Below, piece by piece: positions 1 to 8,210 of a stretch of DNA of 64,000 nt. Position 1 is the stretch's first letter; each line of letters opens with the position of its first letter. The stretch spans positions 591 through 64,590 of the forward strand of contig CAYYDZ010000002.1 of the NCBI GenBank assembly GCA_964470715.1, in the 5' to 3' direction. Origin of the DNA: an uncultured Microthrixaceae bacterium. GTDB lineage: Bacteria > Actinomycetota > Acidimicrobiia > Acidimicrobiales > DATDAH01. A program made the translations under genes and the position numbers. Below the pieces are notes generated by a model. That model did no database searches. It saw nothing but the letters and a program-made list of their open reading frames with translations, and was not told the DNA's origin.

Positions 1-588
1 CGCTCCCGGTTCGGCGGCCAGCGCGTCGCGGACCGCCTGGACCACGTCGTCCGGTGGAGCCGTCGAGGGTCGGCCGAAGTCCAGCTGCGTGCCCGCGGCA
101 AGGACCTCGGAGCCGCCGAGCGGCAGTCTGCCGCTGGCGAGCGTTGCGATCTCGAAGCTCGTCAGGATCCCTTGGGGGAACGACCCTGGATCGATCACGA
201 TCCTCGTGGTGGGGTCGGCCATGGCTATCTGAAACAGGGCGCTGGCGGCGAGCACCGCGAATCCGGTGCCCTGAGGTTGCCACGCGAGGAGTGTGTCGAC
301 ACTCGTGAACAGTGGCAGCAGAGTGCCTTCCTCGTCCTGTTGCATCACGACGGTCATTCGTTCGGAAGGGCCTGCCAGTCGGCGAACCGGGGCAGGTGGG
401 GGATCAGGGGTGGCCACGATCAGCCTCGCGTCGAGCAGCGACCGGAAGAGCGTCGCCCTGCTCTGCTCGCTGTCGTTCACTGCGACGGCCTGCATCGCCT
501 CGACCAGTGCCGTGTTGTCCAACGGGGCTAAGCCGGTCTCGGAAGGATCCGTCGCCGGGTGCTTCCTGCTACGCCGCCAGAACGCCAT
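1..588 (-). CDS. SseB-family protein, N-terminal part (gene continues past the left edge)
   Basis: I translated the minus strand by hand from the ATG at 588..586. The frame stays open to position 1 (196 codons); it is absent from the ORF track because no stop lies in the window. Sequence: MAFWRRSRKHPATDPSETGLAPLDNTALVEAMQAVAVNDSEQSRATLFRSLLDARLIVAT...EEGTLLPLFTSVDTLLAWQPQG. The pattern resembles SseB N-terminal-domain proteins. Third-position G/C is high. Confidence 0.5.
   Translation of the reverse strand, partial: MAFWRRSRKHPATDPSETGLAPLDNTALVEAMQAVAVNDSEQSRATLFRSLLDARLIVATPDPPPAPVRRLAGPSERMTVVMQQDEEGTLLPLFTSVDTLLAWQPQGTGFAVLAASALFQIAMADPTTRIVIDPGSFPQGILTSFEIATLASGRLPLGGSEVLAAGTQLDFGRPSTAPPDDVVQAVRDALAAEPGA
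496..547. repeat. Direct repeat copy A (52 nt), inside the 5' coding part of the SseB-like gene
   Basis: Sequence cgcctcgaccagtgccgtgttgtccaacggggctaagccggtctcggaagga. Hand alignment with 2715..2766 gives 43/52 identities, including collinear exact runs of 11, 10 and 11 nt in the same orientation. Confidence 0.75.
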
Positions 589-738
589 GGTCGAGCATCG
601 CGCGACCACGAGGGCTCTGCCGGATCCGCTGCGACGGGGCCGACGGCCGCCCCTGCCGCCGCCATCGCCGTGTGCTAGACCAAGCGGAGCGAGAGTGGGG
701 CGCGGGCGTGGCGCGAGAGCGGGGGACAGGGGTCGACC

Positions 739-2682
739 ATGGGCAGACGACGCTTCGTAGTGCGACGACGGGTGGCGGTCCTTGCCGCCGCGGCGGTCCT
801 CCTGGGTTCGTGCAGCAGCGGCGGGTCGGACGCCGGGGACGCGTCCGGTGACAGCGGAGGATCGGCCTCGGCCGATGCCGGGAGCTGGACCGTGCTCGTG
901 TACCAGATCGCCGACAACAACCTCGAGCCCTTCGCCCTCCAGGACCTGACGGAGATGGCCTCGGTGGGGTCGGGTGAGAACCTCGACGTGGTCGTGATGT
1001 CCGACCGCTCGGCCGGCGAGGCGCCGGGCGGGGTGCTCAACGTCGACGAGTGGGATACGGCGAAGACCTTCGAGGTGGGCCAGGGAGAGCTGACCGAGGT
1101 TTCCGACAGCGGTGAGGCGGACATGGCCGATCCGGCGACGCTCGCCGACTTCGTCGCCACGGGCTTCGAGGACCATCCGGCGGACAACCACGCCGTCGTG
1201 CTGTGGGACCACGGTGCGGGGTGGCCCGGCATGGGTCCTGACGACTCCTCGGGGGACCTGCTCACCTTGCCCGAGATCCAGCAGGGCCTGACCGAGGGGA
1301 TGGACGCCGCGGGCGTCGAGAAGCTCGATCTCGTGGGGTTCGACGCTTGTCTCATGGCCACCTATGAGGTGGGCCAAGCCATGGCGCCGCTGGCCGACTA
1401 CATGATCGCCTCGCAGGAGACCGAGCCCGGGATCGGGTGGGACTGGAGCGCCCTCGAGGTGCTCTCGGACGGTCAGGCCGACGCCGTCGAGCTCGGCGAG
1501 ACGATCCTGGCGGACTACCAGGCGTTCGCCGACAGCCAGGACCTCGGCGCGGACATCACGCTCTCGCTCACGGACCTCGGCGCACTCGACGACGTCGAGG
1601 CCGACCTCGCGGCCATGACCGAAACGGTCGCCGGCGACATCGACGCCTACGCCGGGCTGCTGGGCCAGGAACGCACGCAGAACCTGAGCTTCGGCCGCAG
1701 CCCGGACCCGACGCAGGACACCGGTCTCACCGACCTCGGGCAGCTGAGCGAGGGCCTCGGGAGCGCCGACGAGGAGATCGCGGCGGTCGCCGAGGGGGTC
1801 AACGCGTCACTCGACGCCGCCATCGTCGACAGCGTGGCCGGTCCGGCGACAGAGGGCGCCTCCGGCCTGTCGGTCTACTTCCCCCCGAGCGCCGAGCACT
1901 TCAGCCCGGACTACGCCGAGGTCGAAGACGACACGTGGGCGCCCCTTCTCGATGCGTTCTACACGGCTGGCGAGAACATCCCGGACGACGAGGTGGTCGC
2001 CTTCGACGAGTCGGCATCGTCGGGGTCAGACGCCACGGGCGAGTACTTCTTCGATGAGAACGGTCTCACCATCAGCGGGACCTTCGCCGCGGGCAACGCC
2101 GACAACCTGTCCGAGGCGGTCATCTACTACGGCCTCCCACAGGAAGACGGCTCGATCTTCTACATCGGCGAGGAGCCGGGCAACATCTACGACGACGGCA
2201 CCGCCGACGCCACGTTCGACCTGACCACGCTCACCATCTCGGACGGCCAGGACACGGTCGACGCCTACCTCGACCTCGGCTACGACGCCGACAGCGACAC
2301 GTACAGCATCGACGTGCCTCTCGTGTACGCGCCCCCAGGGGCGACCGCTGAGGAGGAGTTCCTGGACCTGAACCTCAGCCTCGTCCTCGACAGCGACTTC
2401 AACATCCTGTCCGAGACGTACTACGAGTTCCAGGAGGAGGGGACGCTGGGTGAGTTCACCGCTGATCCGGACGGGCTGATCTATCCCCTCGTGCAGCTCC
2501 AGGGCGCGGACGGCTCGATCGAGTACGTGGTGAACAGCGATGTGGGCCTCTTCGCCGACATCCCGAGCCTCGCCTACGACTTCGCACCGCTGCCCTCGGG
2601 AACGCCACTGCACGTGGATCTCACGGTGTACGACTACGGCGGGAACTCCAGCTCCATCTCCGCCGAGGACGTCGTGCCGTAG
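739..2682 (+). CDS. Clostripain-like cysteine peptidase (family C11), probable secreted lipoprotein with a long acidic C-terminal extension
   Basis: ORF 739..2682 with an ATG start. The N-terminus MGRRRFVVRRRVAVLAAAAVLLGSCSSGG is an Arg-rich signal peptide with a lipobox-like LLGSC. C11 hallmarks are VVLWDHGAGW (His-Gly) and LDLVGFDACLM (catalytic Cys). Confidence 0.8.
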   Translation: MGRRRFVVRRRVAVLAAAAVLLGSCSSGGSDAGDASGDSGGSASADAGSWTVLVYQIADNNLEPFALQDLTEMASVGSGENLDVVVMSDRSAGEAPGGVLNVDEWDTAKTFEVGQGELTEVSDSGEADMADPATLADFVATGFEDHPADNHAVVLWDHGAGWPGMGPDDSSGDLLTLPEIQQGLTEGMDAAGVEKLDLVGFDACLMATYEVGQAMAPLADYMIASQETEPGIGWDWSALEVLSDGQADAVELGETILADYQAFADSQDLGADITLSLTDLGALDDVEADLAAMTETVAGDIDAYAGLLGQERTQNLSFGRSPDPTQDTGLTDLGQLSEGLGSADEEIAAVAEGVNASLDAAIVDSVAGPATEGASGLSVYFPPSAEHFSPDYAEVEDDTWAPLLDAFYTAGENIPDDEVVAFDESASSGSDATGEYFFDENGLTISGTFAAGNADNLSEAVIYYGLPQEDGSIFYIGEEPGNIYDDGTADATFDLTTLTISDGQDTVDAYLDLGYDADSDTYSIDVPLVYAPPGATAEEEFLDLNLSLVLDSDFNILSETYYEFQEEGTLGEFTADPDGLIYPLVQLQGADGSIEYVVNSDVGLFADIPSLAYDFAPLPSGTPLHVDLTVYDYGGNSSSISAEDVVP

Positions 2683-2714
2683 CCCGTCACGGACCTACGG
2701 GTAGGGCGATCAGG

Positions 2715-2766
2715 CGCCCCGCCCGGTGCCGTGTTGCCCAACGGGGCCCCGCCGGTCTCGGTTGGA
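2715..2766. repeat. Direct repeat copy B (52 nt), in the convergent spacer between the C11 gene and amrA
   Basis: Sequence cgccccgcccggtgccgtgttgcccaacggggccccgccggtctcggttgga, 43/52 identical to 496..547. Read on the minus strand it gives TETGGAPLGNTA, against SETGLAPLDNTA in the SseB-like gene, but there is no start codon and an upstream in-frame stop. Confidence 0.75.
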
Positions 2767-2780
2767 CGATGGCGTAATCA

Positions 2781-3410
2781 TCAGAGACCCCGGGCCGCCG
2801 GGCCCCCGAGGCTGCTCTCCGCCGTCGTGTGGCGTTCGTGGCGCTGGGTGTGGAAGCGGGAGGCGACCAGGCCGTTCGGCCAGGTCCCCGGCCGGAGCCC
2901 TGCCTTGTGCCAGAGGTGCGCGAGGAAGGCGAGGCGATCGGGGAGTTGGTCCCAGACGTCGGGGAGGAACAGGCCGCGGCAGCGCCCGGCCCGCACGACC
3001 ACGCCGTCGCGGCCCGGGTGCAGCGCGGCGGCCAGTTCGTCGAGGGACCTCGCGGGGATCGGCGACCTCGGCGACAGGAGCGAGACCTCGATGGCGAGGT
3101 GGGTCCGGTCGACCGGACGGAGCGCCGGCAGGCGTGGGTCATCGAAGGCGGCGGCCAGGGCCAGGCGGACCACGGCATGACCCAGGGGCTCGCCGGTGTC
3201 CATGGCCCCGATGCAGCCGTTGAGCTCGCCGGCCACGTGCAGCGTGACGAAGGCGTCGCCGGCGTGCCGCAGTGCCGGAGGGAGCTCGGCCAGCGCGGGG
3301 AGATGCGGGCGGCCGCCGCTGAGCGCCCGGTCGAGGGTGCCCTCGGCCAGGTCGAGCAGCAGCTCGCCCTCGGCGGGCGAGACCAGCTCAGGTGAGGGCG
3401 AAGGTGCCAT
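2781..3410 (-). CDS. amrA: AmmeMemoRadiSam system protein A (AMMECR1 domain)
   Basis: This is the C-terminal 209 codons of ORF 2781..3701, starting at the ATG at 3410 (MAPSPSPELVSPAEGELLLDLAEGTL...). AMMECR1-type core: AFVTLHVAGELNGCIGAMDTGEPL...GLFLPDVW. It overlaps the amrB stop by 23 nt. Confidence 0.8.
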   Translation of the reverse strand: MAPSPSPELVSPAEGELLLDLAEGTLDRALSGGRPHLPALAELPPALRHAGDAFVTLHVAGELNGCIGAMDTGEPLGHAVVRLALAAAFDDPRLPALRPVDRTHLAIEVSLLSPRSPIPARSLDELAAALHPGRDGVVVRAGRCRGLFLPDVWDQLPDRLAFLAHLWHKAGLRPGTWPNGLVASRFHTQRHERHTTAESSLGGPAARGL

Positions 3411-4191
3411 AACCCACCACGGATCGGGTGTCGCCGGCGGTGTCGCCGGAGGTGCGGAGGTCCAGCGGTTCGACGGCGAGGTCGCGCTCGACGGCGGCCG
3501 CCAGTAGGCCGCGCAGCGGTCGGGCGCCGCAGGCGTCCCGGTCGCCGACGGCGGCGCGGTCGCAGGCCACGATGGCTGCCGCGGTCCGGGCGTCGAGCCG
3601 GACGGCGTCCTGGTGGGGGTGGTAGTGCGAGAGGTCCGTACTGATGACCACGAGGGTCTCGGGGCCACCCCAGAGAAGATCGAGCACCGACGCCACCTCA
3701 TGTGCGCTCGCGTCCCCCACGATCACCGGCACGAGGCGGAACTCGTCGAGCACGGACTGCAGGAACGGCACCTGCACCTCGAGGCTGTGTTCGGGCGCGT
3801 GGGCGGCATCGTCGACGACGACCGCCGAGAGGTCGAGGAGGGCCTGATCATCGTCGTGGTCGACCGTGACGTCGCCCAGGGGCGTGCGCCAGAGGTCGGC
3901 GCCGCTGAGGCCCAGGCCGCGCACAGGGACCCGGTGGCTCGGGCCGAGGAGCACGACGCGCCGGATCGTCCTGCGGCCGGGGAGCAGCCGGGCGAATCCG
4001 GTGGCCGCGACGGGGCCCGAGTAGACGTAGCCGGCGTGCGGGACCACCAGGGCCTTGGGGACGGGGGCGTCGGCATCGGCCGGGCGGGCGTCGGCGAACG
4101 AGCGCTCGATGGCCGACCGGAGCGCGGCGGCGTCACCGGGGTAGAAGGACCCGGCCACCGCGGGCGGGCGCAGACGGCGCAGCTCGCTCAC
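3388..4191 (-). CDS. amrB: AmmeMemoRadiSam system protein B (MEMO1-like)
   Basis: Part of ORF 3388..4356. Memo-type motifs: AVAGSFYPGD, LVVPHAGYVYSGPVAA, VISTDLSHYH. I place the start at the GTG at 4191..4189, which overlaps the amrS TGA (GTGA junction). The ATG at 4356 would overlap amrS by about 170 nt. Confidence 0.8.
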   Translation of the reverse strand: MSELRRLRPPAVAGSFYPGDAAALRSAIERSFADARPADADAPVPKALVVPHAGYVYSGPVAATGFARLLPGRRTIRRVVLLGPSHRVPVRGLGLSGADLWRTPLGDVTVDHDDDQALLDLSAVVVDDAAHAPEHSLEVQVPFLQSVLDEFRLVPVIVGDASAHEVASVLDLLWGGPETLVVISTDLSHYHPHQDAVRLDARTAAAIVACDRAAVGDRDACGARPLRGLLAAAVERDLAVEPLDLRTSGDTAGDTRSVVGYGTFALT

Positions 4192-5279
4192 CGACGCCGC
4201 CCGAGGGCCACGGGCACCCGACGGGTGCCCCAGTCGCCGGCCGGGCCGTCGAACACACCGGGCAGTTGTTCGCCGCAGGAACGGCAGGCGCCGGCGTCGT
4301 CGAGGCCGTACCGGCCGATCTCGTACCAGTCGCGTTCGATCACCACGACGCCACATCCGGGACAGCGCGTGCTCTGGCCGTCGCCGTCGTGGACGTTGCC
4401 GGTGTAGGCGAAGCGAACGCCGTTGCCCTGCGCGATGCGTCGCGCCCGGGTCAGCGTCTCGGGCGGCGTCGCCGGCCGATCGACCATCCGGTAGTCGGGG
4501 TGGAACGCGGTGAAGTGCATGGGCACGTCAGCGCCCAGGTGCTCCGCCACCCAGGTCGTCATGCGGTCGAGCTCCTCGTCGCTGTCGTTGAGCCCTGGGA
4601 TCAACAGCGTCGTGAGCTCGAGCCATGCATCGGTCTCGCGGTGGAGGTACTCGATGCTGTCGAGGACCGCCCCCAACTCGGCGCCGCACGTGTGGCGGTA
4701 GAACGGCTCGGAGAAGCCCTTCAGGTCGATGTTGGCGGCGTCGAGGCGGCCGTACAGCTCGGCCCGGGGAGCGGGGTTGATGTACCCGGCGGTCACGGCG
4801 ACGGTGGCGACCCCCACCTCGTGGCAGGCGTCGGCCACGTCGATCGCGTACTCCAGGAAGATCGTGGGGTCGTTGTAGGTGAAGGCGACGCTGCGACAGC
4901 CGAGCTCTCGGGCGGTGCGGGCGATGGCCTCGGGGGACGCCTCGTCGGCCAGGGTGTGGATCTCCTTGGACTTGGAGATGTCCCAGTTCTGGCAGAAGCG
5001 GCACGCCAGGTTGCAGCCCGCGGTGCCGAAGCTGAAGATCGGCGTCCCCGGCAGGAAGTGGTTGAGGGGCTTCTTCTCGACCGGGTCGACGCAGAACCCG
5101 CTGGAGCGGCCGTAGGTGGTGAGGACCACCTCGTCGCCCTCACGGCCTCGTACGAAGCACACGCCCTGTTGGCCGTCGCGCAGCTTGCAGGCACGTGGGC
5201 ACACGTCGCACTGCGCCCGGCCGTCGTCGAGGGTGTGCCAGTGGCGGGTCGGAACGGTGAATCGATCCATCACGGGCAA
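4188..5279 (-). CDS. amrS: AmmeMemoRadiSam system radical SAM enzyme
   Basis: ORF 4188..5279. It has the radical SAM CxxxCxxC motif GCNLACRFCQNW, an N-terminal Cys cluster CDVCPRAC, and a C-terminal CPGCG...CRSCG. Confidence 0.85.
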   Translation of the reverse strand: MPVMDRFTVPTRHWHTLDDGRAQCDVCPRACKLRDGQQGVCFVRGREGDEVVLTTYGRSSGFCVDPVEKKPLNHFLPGTPIFSFGTAGCNLACRFCQNWDISKSKEIHTLADEASPEAIARTARELGCRSVAFTYNDPTIFLEYAIDVADACHEVGVATVAVTAGYINPAPRAELYGRLDAANIDLKGFSEPFYRHTCGAELGAVLDSIEYLHRETDAWLELTTLLIPGLNDSDEELDRMTTWVAEHLGADVPMHFTAFHPDYRMVDRPATPPETLTRARRIAQGNGVRFAYTGNVHDGDGQSTRCPGCGVVVIERDWYEIGRYGLDDAGACRSCGEQLPGVFDGPAGDWGTRRVPVALGRRR

Positions 5280-5280
5280 G

Positions 5281-5340
5281 TCTAGCGTCTAACACTCAGA
5301 AAACCTAAGTGCTAGTGACGCAAGGTCTGTCAAGGTTGCC
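5281..5340. promoter_or_regulatory. Low-G+C divergent control region between amrS and the fused ETF gene
   Basis: Positions 5281..5330 are 23/50 G+C by hand count, against a visibly much higher background. The region contains CTAGC(5282)...GCTAG(5311) and GCGTC(5286)...GACGC(5317) inverted half-sites and a CAAGGT-N4-CAAGGT direct repeat (5321..5336). TANNNT-like hexamers occur on both strands. Confidence 0.35.
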
Positions 5341-5400
5341 CGAGGGCGATCCCGTCGTTGGACCCTGGCCCCACGGGCGCCAACGGGTGAGGATGGACCC

Positions 5401-7230
5401 GTGCGAGCGGTCGTCTTGGTCAAGCAGGTGCCGGACCTGCGCTCGGCGGCCGTCGGTGTGGCGGCCGACGGCACCATCGTGCGAGAGCACGCACCCGCCA
5501 TCACCAACCCCTCGGACCTCCATGCCCTCGAGGCCGCTCTGCGGCTGGCCGACGAGGTGTGGGCGATCAGCATGGGCCCGCCTCGCGCCGAGGAGGTCCT
5601 GCGCGACGCGGTCGCCCGCGGCGCCGACCGTGGCGTCCTGCTCTGCGACCGGGCCTTCGCCGGTTCCGACACCTGGGCGACCGCGAACGCCCTGGCGGCC
5701 GCCGTCACCTTCCTGGGTGGCGCCGACCTGGTCCTGACGGGTCTCACCGCCATCGACGGCGAGACCGGTCAGGTGGGCCCGGAGGTGGCCCAGCGCCTGG
5801 GCCTGCCCCAGGCGACGGCGTGCGAGGACCTGTGCCTCGAGGGCGATGGGTTGACCGCCCGGCGCATCGTCGAGGGCGGTTACGAGCGGCTCCGCCTGCC
5901 GCTGCCCGCGCTGTGCACCGTGGCCGAGACTGGGTTCCTCCCCCGGTACCCGACCCTTCCGGGCCGGCGGCGGGCCGAACGGGCCGGCATCGACGTGTTG
6001 ACCGCGGCCGATCTCGGGCTGGGCCGCGACCGGGTCGGGCTCGACGCCTCGCCGACGAAGGTCGCCCACATGGCCCCGGCGCCCCTGCCTGATCGCCACT
6101 GCCGCATGGTCGACGCCTCGTTCGACCTCGACGACCTCGTTGCCGAGTTGGCGGCGCTGGGGGCCCTCGCCGCGAGCGCTCGGCCCGTGGCCGAGGTGGC
6201 GGTGCCGTCCCCGCCGCGCGACCCGTTCCCCGACGATCCGGCCCTTTGGGTGGTGGCCGAGCTCACCGACGGGCACCTCGCCGAGGTCTCCGCCGAGTTG
6301 ATCTCCCAGTCGGTGGACCTGGCGCCCGGCCTCGGCGGTGGGGTGGGGGTCGTGGTTGCGGCCGACGATCCCGATCCGGCCGCCGAGGAGGCCGCCGGCT
6401 ACGGCGCCGACGTGGTGTACCGGGCCGCCGATCCCCGCCTCGCCCCGTATCGCTGCCTGCCCCATGCCCGGGTGGTCGTGGACGCGATCCGGTGCCACCG
6501 GCCGGCCGCCGTGCTCTTCGGCGCCACCACCACCGGGCGAGACCTCGCGCCCCGGGTGGCGGGTGCACTCGACGCCGGTCTGGCCGCAGACTGCACCGAT
6601 CTCGCGGTCGCACCGTGGGACCGACGCGACGTCCACTACGACGCGCTGCTCCACCAGATCCGCCCCGCGATGGGCGGTGGTGTGCTGGCCACCTGCCTGG
6701 CCCCCGAAGCCCGGCCCCAGGCGGCAACGGTGCGGCCCGGCGTCTTCCGCCCCCGCCTGCGGCCGTGTCGCAGCCGTCAGGTGGAGCTCGACGTCCGCCT
6801 CGAGCCGGCCGACCTGCTTGTCGAGGTCCTGGACCGCCAGGTGCAGCTCGGCGACACCCACCTCGCCGATGCGGACGTGATCATCGCCGGGGGCGCAGGT
6901 TGCGACGCCGGGTCCTGGTCGCTCGTGGAGGACCTCGCGGCCGCGGTGGGCGGGGAGGTCGCCGCCACCCGCGCCGCGGTCGAGGCCGGCCTGGCCCCAC
7001 GGTCGCGGCAGGTGGGCCAAACCGGTCGCACCGTCCACCCGCGCCTCTACATCGGCTGTGGCGTCTCGGGGGCCCTGCAGCACCTGGTCGGCATGCGCAC
7101 GGCCCGGACCGTCGTCGCCATCAACCGCGATCCCGACGCCTACCTGTTCCGCATGGCCCACTTCGGGATCGTCGGCGAGGTGGCCGACGTCCTGCCCCGC
7201 CTGACCGAGGCGCTCCGCCATCACCCGTGA
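5401..7230 (+). CDS. Electron transfer flavoprotein, beta and alpha subunits fused in one polypeptide (FixA-FixB-like)
   Basis: Single 609-aa ORF with a GTG start. The N-terminal half is EtfB-like (VRAVVLVKQVPD..., AIDGETGQVGPEVAQRLGLP). The C-terminal half is EtfA-like (LWVVAEL..., FGATTTGRDLAPRVA, PRLYIGCGVSGALQHLVGMRTARTVVAINRDPDA). No stop or frame change lies between the two halves. Confidence 0.8.
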   Translation: MRAVVLVKQVPDLRSAAVGVAADGTIVREHAPAITNPSDLHALEAALRLADEVWAISMGPPRAEEVLRDAVARGADRGVLLCDRAFAGSDTWATANALAAAVTFLGGADLVLTGLTAIDGETGQVGPEVAQRLGLPQATACEDLCLEGDGLTARRIVEGGYERLRLPLPALCTVAETGFLPRYPTLPGRRRAERAGIDVLTAADLGLGRDRVGLDASPTKVAHMAPAPLPDRHCRMVDASFDLDDLVAELAALGALAASARPVAEVAVPSPPRDPFPDDPALWVVAELTDGHLAEVSAELISQSVDLAPGLGGGVGVVVAADDPDPAAEEAAGYGADVVYRAADPRLAPYRCLPHARVVVDAIRCHRPAAVLFGATTTGRDLAPRVAGALDAGLAADCTDLAVAPWDRRDVHYDALLHQIRPAMGGGVLATCLAPEARPQAATVRPGVFRPRLRPCRSRQVELDVRLEPADLLVEVLDRQVQLGDTHLADADVIIAGGAGCDAGSWSLVEDLAAAVGGEVAATRAAVEAGLAPRSRQVGQTGRTVHPRLYIGCGVSGALQHLVGMRTARTVVAINRDPDAYLFRMAHFGIVGEVADVLPRLTEALRHHP

Positions 7231-7317
7231 TCCTGGTGGTCGGGTTCGCACCAGGCCGTCCAGGTCCCCCTGCTGCCACCGCGCACCGGCCGGAGGGCGG
7301 CCCACTACGGTGCCGAA

Positions 7318-8067
7318 ATGGCCAAGACCGTCGTCATCACCGGGGCAGGTTCGGGGTTCGGGAAGGGCGCCGCGGTGGAGCTCGCCGCCCGCGGCCACCG
7401 GGTGATCGCCACCACCGAGACCGTCGAGCAGGCCGAGACGCTCGCCGCCGAGCACCCCGAGCTGACCGTGCGGAAGCTGGACGTGACCGACGCCGACGAC
7501 GTGCGCGGCGTGGCCGGGCTCGAACCCGACGTGCTCATCAACAACGCCGGCCTGGGCGTGATGGCGCCATTGACGAGCGTGCCCCTCGACCGGATGAAGG
7601 CGGGGTTCGAGGTCAACGTGTTCGGCATGGTGGCCATGTGCCAGGCGGTGATCCCCGGGATGAAGGCCAAGGGTGCCGGCCGCATCATCAACATGTCCTC
7701 GATCGCCGGCGTCCTTTCGGGCCCGATGACGGCGCCCTACGCCATGACCAAGCACGCGGTGGAGGCGTTCACCAAGGCATTGAGGGACGAGTTGGCCCCG
7801 TACGGCATCGACGTGACGAAGCTGAACCCCGGGCCCTACGACACCGGCTTCAACGACGTCATGGTGAACGGCATCGCCGCCTACATCGACGAGGGTGACG
7901 CGCCGGCGGCCGAGGCCGAGGCGTTCGTGCGCGCCATCGTCCTCACCGGCCAACTCGACCCCGACGAGGTGGTGCAGGCCATGGCCGACCTCACCGAGGC
8001 GGACGAGACCCCGGTCGAGACCTTCCTGCCGGCCGGCATCCTCGAGCTCATCAACCCGCCGGGCTGA
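7318..8067 (+). CDS. Short-chain dehydrogenase/reductase (SDR)
   Basis: MAKTVVITGAGSGFGKGAA (TGxxxGxG Rossmann motif), NNAG, and a YxxxK-type motif (YAMTKHA). Confidence 0.85.
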   Translation: MAKTVVITGAGSGFGKGAAVELAARGHRVIATTETVEQAETLAAEHPELTVRKLDVTDADDVRGVAGLEPDVLINNAGLGVMAPLTSVPLDRMKAGFEVNVFGMVAMCQAVIPGMKAKGAGRIINMSSIAGVLSGPMTAPYAMTKHAVEAFTKALRDELAPYGIDVTKLNPGPYDTGFNDVMVNGIAAYIDEGDAPAAEAEAFVRAIVLTGQLDPDEVVQAMADLTEADETPVETFLPAGILELINPPG

Positions 8068-8210
8068 CGCCCGGAACCCACCACTGCCGCGGCGTCGGTC
8101 AGTCAGCCCCGCTGGAACACCCCACCGTGAGGTCAGAGACCTGCTCGCGGGCAGCGACGCGTTCACTCAGGAAGAAGTATGAGCGGAACGGGCTCCGTGC
8201 TCGAGCGCCG

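Noticed and set aside
496-2766. Mobile element or genomic islet carrying the C11 peptidase
   Set aside because: Direct repeats are present, but I see no transposase, integrase, inverted terminal repeats or tRNA target. I report it only as a repeat-bracketed interval, not as a mobile element.
5305-8166. 953-aa minus-strand ORF spanning the ETF and SDR genes
   Set aside because: The translation is Arg/Gly/Pro/His-rich low-complexity sequence with no family motifs. The opposite strand encodes unmistakable EtfB/EtfA and SDR proteins. Long antisense ORFs are expected at this G+C content.
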